Assembly (NCBI GenBank): GCA_013239625.1
Contig: MU053758.1
Span: 1,488,001 to 1,552,000 of the forward strand
Length of the DNA stretch: 64,000 nt
Origin: Lama guanicoe
Lineage: Eukaryota
Direction: 5' to 3'
The notes under the pieces were generated by a model. It saw only the letters and a list, made by a program, of their open reading frames with translations, did not search any database and had not been told where the DNA came from. Positions 43,511-57,123 of the stretch are shown here, one piece after another. Position numbers and translations under genes: made by a program. The first letter of the stretch is position 1, and each line of letters begins with the position of its first letter.

Positions 43511-46500
43511 CTGGCTGCAAACTTCCTTTTCTTGTTTCATTTCCCCTTTTTTCCCCCTGCTGCTAACACGACCCTGACAGTTCTTAAGATATAGCCTTCA
43601 TAAGGAGAAACAGAGACTTGGGACTAAAGATGGTGACTTCGCCCTTTAGGCCAGAGCTAATTGTGGGAGCAGCCTTTGCTCTAAAAATCCAGTCCCCCTT
43701 GCCCCCTGCTCCGTGATACTTCTTAGCTGGTTAGCATCTCTCTAGTTGGGAGGTGATTTGAAACCATACCCTCATACCCCAACCCTGGCTCAGGTTTTAA
43801 AGTTTTTCCAAGTTGTTTGTCTCCTGTTACCCCTGGCAGGGAGCTTGCTGGAAATGTGTGGCCTTTAGGCAAAAAGTTGATGCTGCATTTTTGCTTATTC
43901 TTTCTGTGTATCAACACCTCACCCCCTTCACACTAACGCATACAAATGATGTGACAGACTTGTGCAGTATGCCAGCAGTCAATTGGGCATCTCTATTCAG
44001 TTTTAATGTTCTCTTAGTTGGTCTCTTACATATACTTGTTATCTCAAGACTGTGTACTGACCACTGTGAAAATAGAAAAAAGCTTTGCTCTCAAGCCCAT
44101 ATGAGAATTACGAGGTATGGACATGTGAGCTCTAGGCCAAATGATGAAAATTCCAAACTTAGCATTGAGTTCTTCCCTGCATCTCTGAAGGGTGGACTGC
44201 TCTCTGACATCCAGTGTTAGATCTGTATATCAGTTTAGAAAGCTGTCAAGTTTTGTGTCAGTGAAATGAAACCTCCCTTGTGGTACCAACCATCGTGGTT
44301 TGCGCTGTTGAATGGGTTCTTAGAACCACTGGAGTTGGTTTTGGTGCAGTTCATGTGATGGATTCTTGAGACACACTGATGGGTAGCCACAACCCAAGGC
44401 TGAAGAACAGGTAGACAAATAAGTTGAGAACTTTACTGTGCACCAGAAGCACATGGGGAGCTTTGAGAAAAGATCAGAGGACCCAAGAATATGAATTTTT
44501 GAAAAGCTCCCCTGTTGATCCAGAGATGTGGCCTGGATGGGGAACCATTCATCCATGAACATTTCTTTTCAAGGGAACTTATACTCCAAGAGGAAAATGT
44601 GGGGTCCCATTGACTTTGTTGCCTTTTCTGAACAGCTGTGCCAGGGGCTCATCCTGGGGATCAGACCAAACCCAGATTCCCAAAAAAAATCAGTAGGTTG
44701 ATGCATGTTGCCCCTTCAGGTAGGTGTATGTTTCTGCATTTGCCTCCTAATGAACTCATGCTGGGAGCTCAGGTCTGGAAAAGTGTGTGGCTGCTGAAAC
44801 AGCTTATTTGTGGTAGGCTCTGCGTTTGGATGCTCCACTTAGCAGTGTAGATGAAATTTTCATCAGTTGGGGGAGGGCAGGATTGAAGCGGTGGGTAATT
44901 ACATAGGATAGATGACTAATTTTCTTGTGGTTTGTCTTACCTTTGTTGCATATTGACCAGGACTTGGTCTAAGATTTCAGAGACACCAAATAAGAGGTGT
45001 GGCGTGAAATTAGCTGGTATGTCTAATAGATTAGGAAGAGGAAGAGGCGAATAACATTGTATGGTTTTTTGCCTTTGGAAGCAGAATTTAATGGTCATTG
45101 GCTGCTCTGTCACCAACCCTCACACTAAGCACAATACAGATTTCTGCTGCAGAGCAAATTGGGCTGTAGCTCTGCAAAGAAGCTTAGTTCAGGGCACTGG
45201 AGAATTACATTTTTTGGTCCAAGAGCTTTTTCTGATGATTTGGAGAAGAGCTAGGTATTCATGTATGAACGTTTGCTTGACTGCTGTTAAGAGGCAGCAT
45301 GTTGTACAGAGAATGTGAACATCTAGATTGCTTTTGGGCTCCAACACCAGCTGTAGGGTGCAGACCAATTTTGTCTTCTTCATGCTTCCCCCCTTTTTTT
45401 TTCAGTCTGTAAAATGGGAGTGCTTCCGATCTTGTTCCTGTCCTTACGAATAGAGAATGAAGACAAGAGAAATTGAGATGCAATATTTTGTGCTTTTGGA
45501 GAAGTAATAAGATTGAACTGGTGATTTTTTTTTTAAATGCTTAGGATTTGGTGCTGTTAGATTTGCTTGTTAGCTTTCCCACAGCTTACTATGTGCCAGT
45601 CTTGCTGGCAGCCTCGCAGCTGTGAGAATCTTGGGAAGTCTGGCCGGGGTAGTTGTGATTGCTATGGATCTGCACCTCCTTACTAAGTCCGCCCTATTGG
45701 GAGGAAGGCTAAGTTTGGATTTTTAGCTTGTTCTCTTATTTTGATTGGTAGGACCTAGAAGCCATGAGAAATGTCTATCTTTTGCCAGAAGGTATATGCC
45801 TGCCTTCTTATTGTTGGTTGGAGTTAATTACTAGTCTCTGCAGTCTTTGCTGTATAATTTTTGGCTTTTACAATAACCTCTGGGCATGATTCTCTTTGCT
45901 CTTCTCAGCATCTGCCTTTTCCACAGCTATCACTAGAAAATCCCTCCTTCAGTCATTTTTATAAGGCTTAACAGTTTCCATATTTTAACATTAAGCAAAA
46001 CTAGTTTATTTCAGATGCGTTAGAGTCTGCTAAGTTGACCTTCCTGGTTATACTGAGTCTCAGAGAACTCTTTTGAAGTGAAGGAAGAAATAGGCCCACC
46101 AGCTAATCAGGTTTCTGTTCTGGAGAACTGGGCGAGACCATGTAACACACATATGTTGGAATTCAAAGAGCTGGGCTTGATGCCTATGGGCTTCAGTGTT
46201 ATATAGAACTGCTATTTCAGGAAAACCAGTGAAGTTCCCTTGTCTGTTTCACATATGCTGAGCTGATTGTCTTCCTTTGTATTTGATGAGAAATCACATT
46301 TGATCTGACTTTTTGGAATCATCACATAATACGTACTTGGTTGGAAATGGGTACCTTGTTTGTTTCTCAAGGTTTGCTTTTTTCCTACTTAACAGTTGAG
46401 GCTATTACTGGCAGTCTTCATAGTTGTGAGGTGGAAAAATGGAGAACAGTTCTGTAGTGGTTTCCTATCTGTTTGTTTGGGGAAGAAGATACAATTCTGG

Positions 46501-49039
46501 AAAGAGAGGCAGGCTGCCTTGGCATCAGTTTGGGGCCCTGCTGTCGTGGACAGACCTGGCAGTTACGAAAAACCCTTTTCTCTTTTTCTTGGGTCTTCAC
46601 GTCTAAGGGGGTCTTTTTGAGAAAGAGCAGGACATGCTGAGAGCGAAATGATTTTATGGTATGGGGAGGAGTGTCTGACTTTATGTTTGTATTTTGGGCC
46701 CATGCTCCGTTGATCTTTTTGACTATTTTTCCATAAAGTGGTTGTGGTTGGCAGCTTTCTTTTGGAATAAGCAGCCTGGCTTCAGAAATCTCTGTCCGTT
46801 TGAGTCTTGTGTCTTTTACTCTAACATTTTGCCCACTAACATAATTTCTAAGGTTAGACCTTGAGCTGTGCCTCTGGGCTTTTCCCTGGAAGTTCGCTCC
46901 ATAGGTTCTTTAGTTGGTTTACGATGGAGTTTTGGATCTGACCTTGTTGCACAGATGTCTGTGTATTGGAACTAAAAATGAACACATGGTTTTTGTGCCT
47001 GTAGCACATGAACAGACACTGGCTTATGGTATGTTGGAAATGGCACAGGCTGGCTGACTTGGCACTGTGTGCTTTAGCAGGGGCAGAGGTAAATTGTGGC
47101 TGCAAAACCTGATATTTGGACCTCCTACTTTAGAAGTTAGAAAAGGACATGTGTAAATCTTAGGACACCTAAAGGAGATTAATGGATGAGAGAGAGAGCA
47201 TTACTAATTCATTGTTTATATTTTAGGTTTCAAGGTATTTGAAAAGTGGCCAATGGATATATCAATGTGTTGTCAGCCTGTCTAGTCTAATGCTTTTAAC
47301 TCCTTTTATCCCGCAGATCTGTTGCTGAACAATTAATTTGCAGAGTGGAAGTGGATAGAGGCCTCCTCTCTCTTTGTTGCTTGCAGCACAAGCAATGCAT
47401 AGCTGACACAAAGGACTATTAGCCTCAAAGATGGCCTTTGCATAAGGTCTTCTCCTGCCTCTGTCCTGTTCTGCTACCTGAGGCATAGCCCACCAAATCC
47501 AACCCCACCCTACCCCTCAGGTCCTTCTGCTGCTGATGCAAGTGGCCTACTGGCAGAGTTACAGTGACTTAACTTTGTATTCTAATGCTTGTCAGGGTGA
47601 TCTGGGGAGGAATAAAATGACATGGGAATGTAGTATAGAAGGGTTAGTTAAAAATATTATCCAGAGCTGTAGCTTTCGCGTTGCTCTCCAAAAAACAGCA
47701 CATCCAGCTTAGAATGGTTATCATTTAAAATGTTTCATATATTTATATATGGTGATATATGAAGTATATGTAGTGTAATAATAATGAAATGTATACGTAG
47801 GTATCCATCTCTAAACTTAACAAATAGAATGGTACCTTTGAAGACCCCTGTGTGTTACCTCCTGATTACATCTCCCCTCCCCCAATGTAACTGCTATCCT
47901 CAATTTTTTGTTAATCATTCCCTTGCTTTGTTTTTTTATAGTTGTCTAGATTGGTCTTTTTATGAATGACTGCCATTAGAATGCTCTCAGGATCCTTGAG
48001 ACAGAAACTGTTTTGGATTTTTAGTTATACAATGTCTCCCCAAAGAGTGAGGGAAGCACTCATATTTATTGTTAGCCTTTCAGCCTCTTAGACCTTCTAT
48101 CTCTCTAAGCTTCCAGCTCTGAGACCCCCTTATTTGCCAGAAGAAGCCATTCCAGGGCTCTTAAACGGCTCTGCCTGGGTTTAGAGTCAGATGCATTTCT
48201 TTTTCTAGATTCTGGAAACTATGATTTTCTCCTTCAGAATGCCAGGGGTGGGGAGAAGATGAGCTGGAGCGAGAAGGCCTCCGCAGGATGTGTGCATTTG
48301 GGTACTGCTGTTCTTCAGTGCTTGGCACTGAGGAGGCTCGTCCTCAGCATGGGCAGATGGCAGAGTAATGCAGCTTCCTTTGAAAAGGGGCAAACGGCCA
48401 AATGGCTGAGGTGTGAACCCTTTGAAAGGCCAGTGCTTTAGGTTTCTGCTTGCTGAGTTTAATGTTGTACCCACAAGTTATCGAATAAAAATCAGCTTGG
48501 AATCTCTTCAGTCTTAAAGCTCATGTCCAGTGAAATTAACTTTCCATTCCAGCCCTCTGGAGTGTTGGGACTAAGCTGCAGACGGCAATGAGCGACTTTT
48601 ATAAATAGACTGTGTGTGCTTGTGTCTTGTTCTGATGCAGTCCCTCTCCTGTGTGTGCTGTGGGTGGGGCGTTCATGGTGGGCACCATCATTAGACTTCT
48701 CAAGTCGCAGCATGGAGGCGGCTGCAGAGGGAGTGTGATAGGTCAGGAGAGGGAATCCAGCATCTCGGCTATTTCTGAGGAAGGTCTTCACAGTATGGTT
48801 GTGAAATTCTGTTTGAAGTGAGTTTGAGAAGCACAGACTTCTTTTTTAAAACATAAACACATAAAGATCTTCCAAAATTAAATAATTTTAAATAGGATTT
48901 CATTTTGGATTTTCTTTGCTTCTGCCCCCGTCTACTGGTGCAGCTGAAGTTTTATCTAGTCCTTTGGGTGAAAGTACTTTTGGAAAGTGAACCAGCTACA
49001 AGGTGTAGAGTCAGGCACTTAATTTGGTGGTGGAATTTT

Positions 49040-49210
49040 TTTTGTTTGATTCATTGAGATATAATTTATATACCACCTAAAATACACCTTTTTCAGTTGT
49101 TCAGTTCTATTAATTTTGACATGCCTTTAGTCATCATAACCTCTAGTGCAGTCAAGGTATAGCATATTTTCATCACCTCCACAAGTTCTTTCCCTTGTAG
49201 TCAATTCAGT
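49040..49210 (-). mobile_element. Short L1 (L1M-type) 3'-end fragment
   Basis: ttgagatataatttatatac...cagtcaaggtatagcatattttcatcacctcca resembles antisense L1M 3' termini. Confidence 0.55.
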
Positions 49211-50060
49211 CATCCTGAGGTGAGTTTTTTGGTCTTAGCACGTTTCTAACTAGAAAGTCTTCGTCAGAGTCTTTTGGATTTCTTTCATTTCGCACTGAAA
49301 AGCCAGTTGAAATTGATGCAAAGTGAAGTTACTTCTGGTGTATCTTTTCACAGGAGATCTGGGTTTCCCAGCTGGTTTAGGGGAGGAGCATCAGGGAGAA
49401 GTCACGGGGCGAGTACTATGACTGGCAGCTCAGAGAGGGGAAGGTGCCACCTTCTTTGGGTGCCAGACAGAGCCCCTAACTGGAAGGGACCCCCTTGTTA
49501 GCTGATGGCTTTGACCCATGGCTTGGGGACATTTGTGCAGAAATCCGAGGTCTTATTAGTTCCAAATTGCAGGTGCATCCTGTAGTGCTGCTCTCAAGTC
49601 CCAGAGTTGTGCCTGGTTCACGGCCTCCTGCTCCTAAGGGTGGGCCCAGAGGGAAAGCTGTTGCCCTGAGATGGCACCTGTTCAGGTCAAGAACCTTTTT
49701 CTTGGCTCTTATATGAAAATCAACTCTGCATCTGACTTCCTCCCTCTAGAAATGGACATGCTAATTACCACTCAAGGTGTTTAATTTTTTCAATATGCTG
49801 GGTATGGGAAGATCTAAAGGGCTTTCTTATTGCTTTGTAGGCTGGTGAATTCTGTAGCCAAATCTATTTAAGGGATTGCCTTAATTATTTAATTCTCCCC
49901 CTTTAAATTTTAGGCTTTATTACAAAAGTGTGGCTGACAATGACTAGGGTTTGCTTTGTTTTTTGGTGCATCTGGAATTGAGTGTTGCAGTGATTTAAAT
50001 GCATGTGTATTCATTCCCCGCCTCATTCTCTCTGTGTGCTTTCTCACCCCTCCCCACCAG

Positions 50061-50125
50061 GAAACCCAGGTTGACAAGAACTCAAAGTGCCTTTTCTCCA
50101 GTCTCCTTCAGCCCCCTGTTCACAG
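50061..50125 (+). CDS. SOCS7: SOCS7 coding exon 2
   Basis: acceptor cccaccag|G; KPRLTRTQSAFSPVSFSPLFT; donor CAG|gtaagg. Confidence 0.94.
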
Positions 50126-52468
50126 GTAAGGGTGATCGCTTTCTTTTTCTTCTGACATCTGAAAGCAGGAGTGTTCTAAGACCTGTCAGTAAATACTTGC
50201 AGATGCATCACACAGGGAGCTTCAGGCATGTCTGCAGTTTTCTTCATTCCGTGGCTGCTGGGTTTGGGGTGAGGCTATTTTTGTGGTGTGGAATGTGTTC
50301 CTGACTTTGGATGCTGTATAGTTTGAGGTAGAGACTGCTTGCTGATAATTAGTGACCCTGGCAGTTATGCAGTGCTTTAGTTCAGGGTCATCACGTATAA
50401 ATTAAAAGTAGGAATTACAAATTTATAGGCTCATAATGCATAAAGGACTCTCTAGAAGTCATGCAATTTCTGTCCCAGCTTCCCAGGGAGTGGGAGTTCA
50501 TGGATTATCTAATAAATACGATCCATGATGAGCTGGTCTATTTTTAAAGACTTTGGGCAAGGGGGATCACATGAACTCTTGTCCTACCCATTTTAGGGGC
50601 AGGCAGTTCTTGCAGCTGTTAAGAGTTCTTCATTGTATCTAATTTAAGACTCCTCTTGCAGCAGGGAACCCAGTTGCTAAAGTAGGAAAGCCTCAGACAT
50701 CTTTTTGCCTTCTCCTTTAAAGGGGAGCTTTTTCTGAGAGGGAGGCCTTTTGTTATGTGAGTCAGGTGTGAAGCTCCTGCTGGAATGAGCTGTGGAGAAG
50801 GAGGTCTGGAGTGCGCAGCCTCAAGTCCCAGAAACTGAGTGCTCCTCGCTGGTCATGGCTGAGAAGCCTTTAAACCAAATCCCAATTTCAAACTCTTTTG
50901 GATATTGTGTCCCTCAAAAAGATGACTGCAAGAATTATGATCTGGGAATGGATATTTCCAGGAAAATGTTAAGCAGGCTAGTGGGAACCCCCCGTTACTG
51001 GGTAGATTGCCATGAGCTGTCAGAACAAATAGGCACAAATGGAGAAGGAGGTCCTCTGTTCTTACCCCAAGCAAAGAATTAAAGGATCTTATTCTGTAGC
51101 AGAATGTCTTTCTAGTTAGTAGTTGTTTCCTTTTTAAAGTAATGAAAACCACATTTGTAGTTTCAGGTTCGGTATTCTTGTTTCAAAGAGCCTTAGCTGT
51201 CTTAAATTATATTCTTTAAGTGCTGTGCTACCTGCAATCTAGACCTCTCTGACCCTCTGGGACACACAGTTGCCTGGGCTCATTGCATTGCTCTGGGCAG
51301 TTAGGCCCTCAGTTATTAAGCTATGTAATGAGTTCCTAGAACTCCCCCTGATGACTTTTGGAAGAGCTTTTCTGCTTATCTTAATTAATATTCAAGGCCT
51401 TTGCTAAAAAAAAAACTGTATTAGATTCTGAAAGCCGAGCTCCTGGCCTTTTAGAGATATTTGTTACCTTGTTTTCTTAACTGAGAAATCTTAAAATTCT
51501 AGCTGAGGGGCTAATTCAGCTTCCTAAACAAGAAAAGGGTGTTGGAAATAACATCCTAAGGGCTAAATTAGAGAAATCCCAGGTTCTGACTTGTGGATCA
51601 GACCTACCAAAACAAACCAATTTTTGAATATGAACCTTTTGTTGATAAAATACCCTTCACTCTGGTGATTCAAATTTGAGAGAGGGTAAATGGGGTTGGG
51701 TGGCAAGAAGAACTGTATATGGCAGAGGATAGAACTGCATGACATGCTGGGAAGAGAAACCACATGCCACCCCCACTGAGTTCCTGTTGCGACTAGGCTT
51801 ACCTGACTTTTGGCTGACTGTGGAAGTAGTTCATTATTAGAGTTGTAAATAGACTTTTCAGCCTTTGTAGCCTCAGTTATTAGGAATTAGTTGATATATG
51901 AAATAGTTCTCTTATGAGTGAATATTCTGGAAAATCTAGGTGTGGAAAGCCATTTAGAAAGAAATTGGGGCTAACGTTGGCACCTTTAAGCATTCAGCTA
52001 AGCAGTTCTTACATTTTTCTGGCACTTGCTTTCCATGTCCATTTGGGTTTGTAACAAGCTGCTTGCCCTGCTCCCCGAGGCAGAAATTGATATTCAAGTC
52101 TGTAAAAATAAATGTTGTGGGTTCCATTTGAATAAAGACTTCTTGTTCAAGGTTATATCCTCAGTGACAGAGCCAACATTAGTTGGCTTTTCCAGTCAAT
52201 CCCATGTTTTTGTTCTAAAGATCCTTGATCTTTAGCAAGGTAAAGGAGCAATAGAGTTTAAAATTGACCTCAGAATTTCTAATTGACTTCCCAGGTGTTC
52301 GGACTGGTGCCTGGGCTGGGAGGCTGGGGGGTACTCCAGCCGTGGGAGCATTGGATTTGAGCTTTCTGAGAGCCGTGGACCTCTAGCTTCCCTTGCTTGC
52401 CCTCTGCTTCCCCGCCTTGGCTTTGGGCAAGGTGCTTCTATAACATGCTCGCTCCATGAATCCCTCAG

Positions 52469-52573
52469 GTGAAACAGTGTCACTTGTGGATGTGGACATC
52501 TCTCAGCGGGGCATGACCTCTCCACACCCTCCAACTCCCCCTCCTCCTCCACGAAGAAGCCTCAGCCTCCTAG
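52469..52573 (+). CDS. SOCS7: SOCS7 coding exon 3
   Basis: acceptor tccctcag|GT; ETVSLVDVDISQRGMTSPHPPTPPPPPRRSLSLL; donor TAG|gtacag. Confidence 0.92.
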
Positions 52574-53009
52574 GTACAGTCTCCTCCCCTCTCTGCCTTC
52601 TTACCCTGGTGGGAGGGTGAACTCTCTGGACTTGTTCTTTGCCAGGAGCCAAACAAGCTCCTGGGTTTCTAATGTTGACCCAGTTATTTCCTGTCCCTTT
52701 CTGAGCACCCCTGTCTCTCCTGAAACTTACCTGCGTACATAACATTTCCTGTCCATATGTTGACCAGATCTGTATTTATCTTGCCCTGAATCTACTGCTG
52801 GTGGGCAGCTTTAGGAATATGCTTAGTTGCCTACTTTTGAGCAGAGGAAACCAGATTAAGATGATTGTTGCCCTGTGTGCAAAAAGACCGGGTGAAAGTC
52901 AGGCCATCTTGCCTCAGCAGGCAGCCTGATCCTTCTCATCTCCACTACCTTCACCCTGCTCATTCTGCGCTCATATTTCTGAACCTCTTGCTTTTGTTCT
53001 CTCTTCTAG

Positions 53010-53111
53010 ATGATATCAGTGGGACGCTGCCTACATCTGTCCTTGTGGCTCCGATGGGGTCTTCCCTGCAGTCTTTCCCCCTACCTCCGCCTCCTCCACC
53101 CCATGCCCCAG
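53010..53111 (+). CDS. SOCS7: SOCS7 coding exon 4
   Basis: acceptor tcttctag|AT; DISGTLPTSVLVAPMGSSLQSFPLPPPPPPHAP; donor CAG|gttagc. Confidence 0.92.
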
Positions 53112-53970
53112 GTTAGCTTAGTTTAGCAGCAAGACTTGAAGCGTTGGGAGTACAAAGTGAGAAACTTTTGAAGGATGGGAGAAATCTATTCATGGAAATA
53201 ACAGAACTTATGAGAAAGCTTAAATTTTATCCCTTTGGCAGGACCAGAACTCTTGGAAATGAGGCCGAGAACTGGTTTTTTTAACCCATTTTTTTTTATG
53301 GAGGTGAATCTGATTTTTGTTAGAGATAACAGACCATTGGAATTTTTGTCTCTTTACTGCTGAGACTGTTTTGCAGTCCTTGAGTAGATGTCACTTAGGA
53401 AACTGCCTTAGTTTCAGCAGAGTGAGGTTTAATGTGTTGCTGTTTTTCAAAGTCCTGTGGTTTTTCTAAGCTTTTAGTATTTATTGCAGCCTTGTAAATA
53501 AGTACCAAGCATTTAGCCCATACCTGCTTTGCCAGCCTCCAGTACCCAAGGAATAAAACGAATGAAATCGACATTCTTTTCTACTTGCCTGGCAAAATCT
53601 ACTTGCCGATACTCTTCCTGGGCAAGTAAACAAGTCACTATTTCCAAGGCTGCTTTACCGGCACTTCACCTCGTGGTGGGAGAAGTTGGAATCGATCTAG
53701 GCTGGTGAAGGCCCCGAAGTAGTCACCTTAGTCAGGTTAGTGAGCAGCTCCCGACCCCTTTCCTGGGGTTAAACGCCCCCACCCATCCTTCACAGCTTAC
53801 ACAAGCCCACACAGCTTTTTGTCCCAGCCCATACAGCTCTTTCCACTGCTTTGGCTTCCCCCCTTTCCAGCTTAGCTTCTAATGCCTTGCCCGTCTTCAG
53901 TTAGCATCTCTGTTTTGGGGGGAGGGTCTGCTTGAGGTTGGGAACAATGACCACCACTCTCGCCCTGCAG

Positions 53971-54101
53971 ATGCATTTCCCCGGATTGCTCCCATCCGAG
54001 CAGCTGAATCCCTGCACAGCCAGCCCCCGCAACACCTCCAGTGTCCCCTCTACCGGCCCGACTCGAGCAGCTTTGCGGCCAGCCTTCGAGAGTTGGAGAA
54101 G
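53971..54101 (+). CDS. SOCS7: SOCS7 coding exon 5
   Basis: acceptor ccctgcag|AT; AFPRIAPIRAAESLHSQPPQHLQCPLYRPDSSSFAASLRELEK; donor AAG|gtaggt. Confidence 0.94.
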
Positions 54102-54600
54102 GTAGGTGGTATCCAAGGACTGGTGGTTTGCCTCCTCTCCCACTCTCTTAATTCTGTACCAGGCTCCCCTTTTATTATTTTTAGAGGAAGAGTGGTTTCC
54201 TTGCCTCTGTATTTATAGTGAGAAAGCAATATATATGCTGCTATTATTAGTTCTATAAGAGATGTCATAAAATTGAGTCTGAAAAAAAATCTGAATGTGA
54301 TGAAGAAAGTTTATGGAGAAGTGTTTACGTAGTCTAAGCTGATGGTGATACATTAAGTGACTCAAGTACCCCTCCTTTTCTTTGCAGGGCCTTGGTAATG
54401 GAATTGTAGAGTTATTCTGCTGTTGTTTTACAGGGCTGAGAGTATGATGAGCCTGATGTTCATTGCTAATGGTTGAGACACCCTTAGTGGCTTTTACATT
54501 CTGAAATGTTTCAGAAATGAGGAGTTTTTGTGGTAAGATAAATTGTGCTGCAGACTTTGACATTTCTCTGTTAAGTGCTTGACCGCTTCTTCTTTCATAG

Positions 54601-54769
54601 TGTGGTTGGTATTGGGGGCCGATGAATTGGGAAGATGCAGAGATGAAGCTGAAAGGCAAGCCCGATGGTTCTTTCCTGGTACGAGACAGCTCTGATCCTC
54701 GTTATATCCTGAGCCTCAGTTTCCGATCACAGGGTATCACCCACCACACTAGAATGGAGCACTACAGAG
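54601..54769 (+). CDS. SOCS7: SOCS7 coding exon 6 (SH2 N-terminal half)
   Basis: acceptor tttcatag|TGT; CGWYWGPMNWEDAEMKLKGKPDGSFLVRDSSD; donor GAG|gtgaga. Confidence 0.96.
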
Positions 54770-55904
54770 GTGAGAGGTGCTGGCATCTGAAGGAAGCCTT
54801 CTTCCCGCTTTGCCTTTCTCTACCTTTGCTATCTGACTGTTTCATTGGAAGGATTCATAGAAATGGAACTATGAATAGGGGGTGGAATCTCATAGACTCA
54901 GTTGAATGTTGATATGGCACTGGTTTCGATCACCAGAAGCAATATTGGCAGAAGTGGGGAGGAGAGTAAGGGCTCTATTTAAAAATATTCTTAGCATATT
55001 GTCTCCTAAATAGGAGAGTCTGAACAAGACTATTGAACAAAGCCAGTAAAACTCCCTTGGTAGAAGGAGGAAGTAACCTAGGACCATTGGACAAATTCTC
55101 CCAAGCTTTGGTTCATAATTAAACCTTACCATCTAGAGAGATTTACTGCTAAATCATATATACAAAGAAGACAATTTCGTGTTGATCCTGTGTCTCGTCT
55201 GTTCTGGATGTCTTTGCCTGATAGTCACATTAGCTTTTCCTGTCAGGCAGCGTGGTGATGACTTCTTGTCAGTCCTGTAGTCTTGTAGGAAATAGTCATC
55301 AGAGTTCTGAGAGTTCTCAGGATCGACGTGCTTTAGACCGTCTGCCTTCCTCCCTGGCAGTACCTCCTGCTCTGTGGTCAGGTAGTGCTTAATGTTCCAG
55401 TCACGTCTGGAAGCTGACTTGTTCAGCACTGCTCTCTGGATTGACTTTGCATCGGGGAATTCTGTGACTTGTGATGGTCATTGGTGTAGGGCTGGGTAAT
55501 ACATCCTGTGTCAAAATACCTGTGATATCTACAAATTTAAAAATTGTGAAGAACTCTGGAGTTTCAGGGACTTGCCCCTTCTGTCCCTCATTCTCTTCCC
55601 GCAGGTGATCCACCTTGAATGGGCTGTAATAGTTACTGCATTTCAAGTAAGAGTGTTTCATGCTCTTCTCAGGAACCACCATGTCTTTCCTGCTCTCAGT
55701 CATGTTCTGCTGTATTTATTTGGTTTGCTTCTCCTATGAGGCAGGAAGTAGCTGTTTAGGTCAGCATAGCTTTGTCCATAGTTCCCTCTGCCCCCACCTC
55801 TCCCTTAGAGATGCATGAAAAGAAAGGAACTTCAGTCCAAAGACCTGAGAATTACTTAGCTACCTATTTTCCTGCTGTTCCTAAAAGCAAAAATCAAACA
55901 AAGT

Positions 55905-56045
55905 GGGGAGGGATATAGCTCAGGGGTAGAGCACATGCTTAGCAAGTACAAGGTCCTTGGTTCAATCCCCAGTACCTCCATTAAAAAAGAAAAAGAAAAA
56001 ATATTAATAAATTAAAAATGAAAAGCAAGGTTAAAAAAAAAAGAC
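55905..56045 (+). mobile_element. tRNA-Ala-derived SINE (Vic-1-like), copy 5, lacking the aacctaattacctcc tail module
   Basis: ggggagggatatagctcaggggtagagcacatgcttagc...ggttcaatccccagtacctcca plus A-rich tail; aaaaatcaaacaaa on both flanks. Confidence 0.85.
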
Positions 56046-56994
56046 AAAAAAATCAAACAAACGAAAAACCCAAAATGCAAAACAAAGCATTTCAGAGTGA
56101 AGTGCTTTTATAAATCTACTAAAATGATAAATGATGAGGCCAGGGGAATGATGAATAAATGCTTGACCTCTAGGTTCCTGAGGTGAGATGACAGGAATGA
56201 GGGAGCTCTTCCAGATGGTTCTCCAGTTACTTTTTGTTCAAAGGGACCTTTCTTCCTTGAATAAATGGAATTTTTAATAGAAGCCTCTGGGCCTTTCAGT
56301 TGCTAGTTTGCAGTGGAACATTTGTCTTCATCTTTTTAAGTAATCCTGTAAGAGGAGCTAGGGAGACTCAAATTCTGCAGTTCTCTTGAGTGATGAGTAT
56401 CCCTTTTGTGACTCTCGGATTCAGCGGGGAGTTTTTTGTTGTTTTTTTAAGCCATGGGAGTTCAGATTCCCTTTTGCCTGTGGGATACTAAAGTTTGGGG
56501 TGGGATCTTTGTAACATGTTGAGGCATGGAATTTTAGCAATTAAAGAAGAAAAGACTTAGAATTTAATTTTTTGTGCCTAACACACATGAATGAGTGGTG
56601 CCCACAAAACTGCTTCTATTTTTCCTTGGCTAGCCCAGGCATCCTTGAAGACTTAGATCTTCTTGAGGGGATGTCATTTAAATTCGCTTTTGCTATAGTA
56701 GTCTTTTCTTTATGGTTTATGGTCTAAAGATTAGTGTTCATGGTCAACAAAATCTTTTTGTATCTTTTTTTCTGACATTAATTTATTATTTACTTGTTTA
56801 ACAAAAACCTTATGTCTTACTTAAAGGCAACATCTTTCTATTGTGGAATAAGCAGAAACAGGGACCTTTGTCTGACTCAGCTTGACCACAAACTACCCTC
56901 CCAGAAGTGAGAATCATTAAAATGTTCAAGCCAGCTTCTCAGATCTTTTTGAAGGAAGTTTTGCATTTTTATCTCTCCTTACTTTCCATGGCAG

Positions 56995-57123
56995 GAACCT
57001 TCAGCCTGTGGTGTCATCCCAAATTTGAGGATCGCTGTCAGTCAGTGGTGGAGTTCATTAAGAGAGCCATCATGCACTCCAAGAATGGGAAGTTTCTCTA
57101 TTTCTTGAGATCCAGGGTTCCAG
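56995..57123 (+). CDS. SOCS7: SOCS7 coding exon 7 (SH2 C-terminal half)
   Basis: acceptor catggcag|GA; TFSLWCHPKFEDRCQSVVEFIKRAIMHSKNGKFLYFLRSRVP; donor CAG|gtaagg. Confidence 0.95.

Noticed and set aside
42588..43520. 310-aa antisense ORF over SOCS7 exon 1
   Set aside because: Mirror of GC-rich Pro/Gly/Ala codons with a non-ATG start; no independent support
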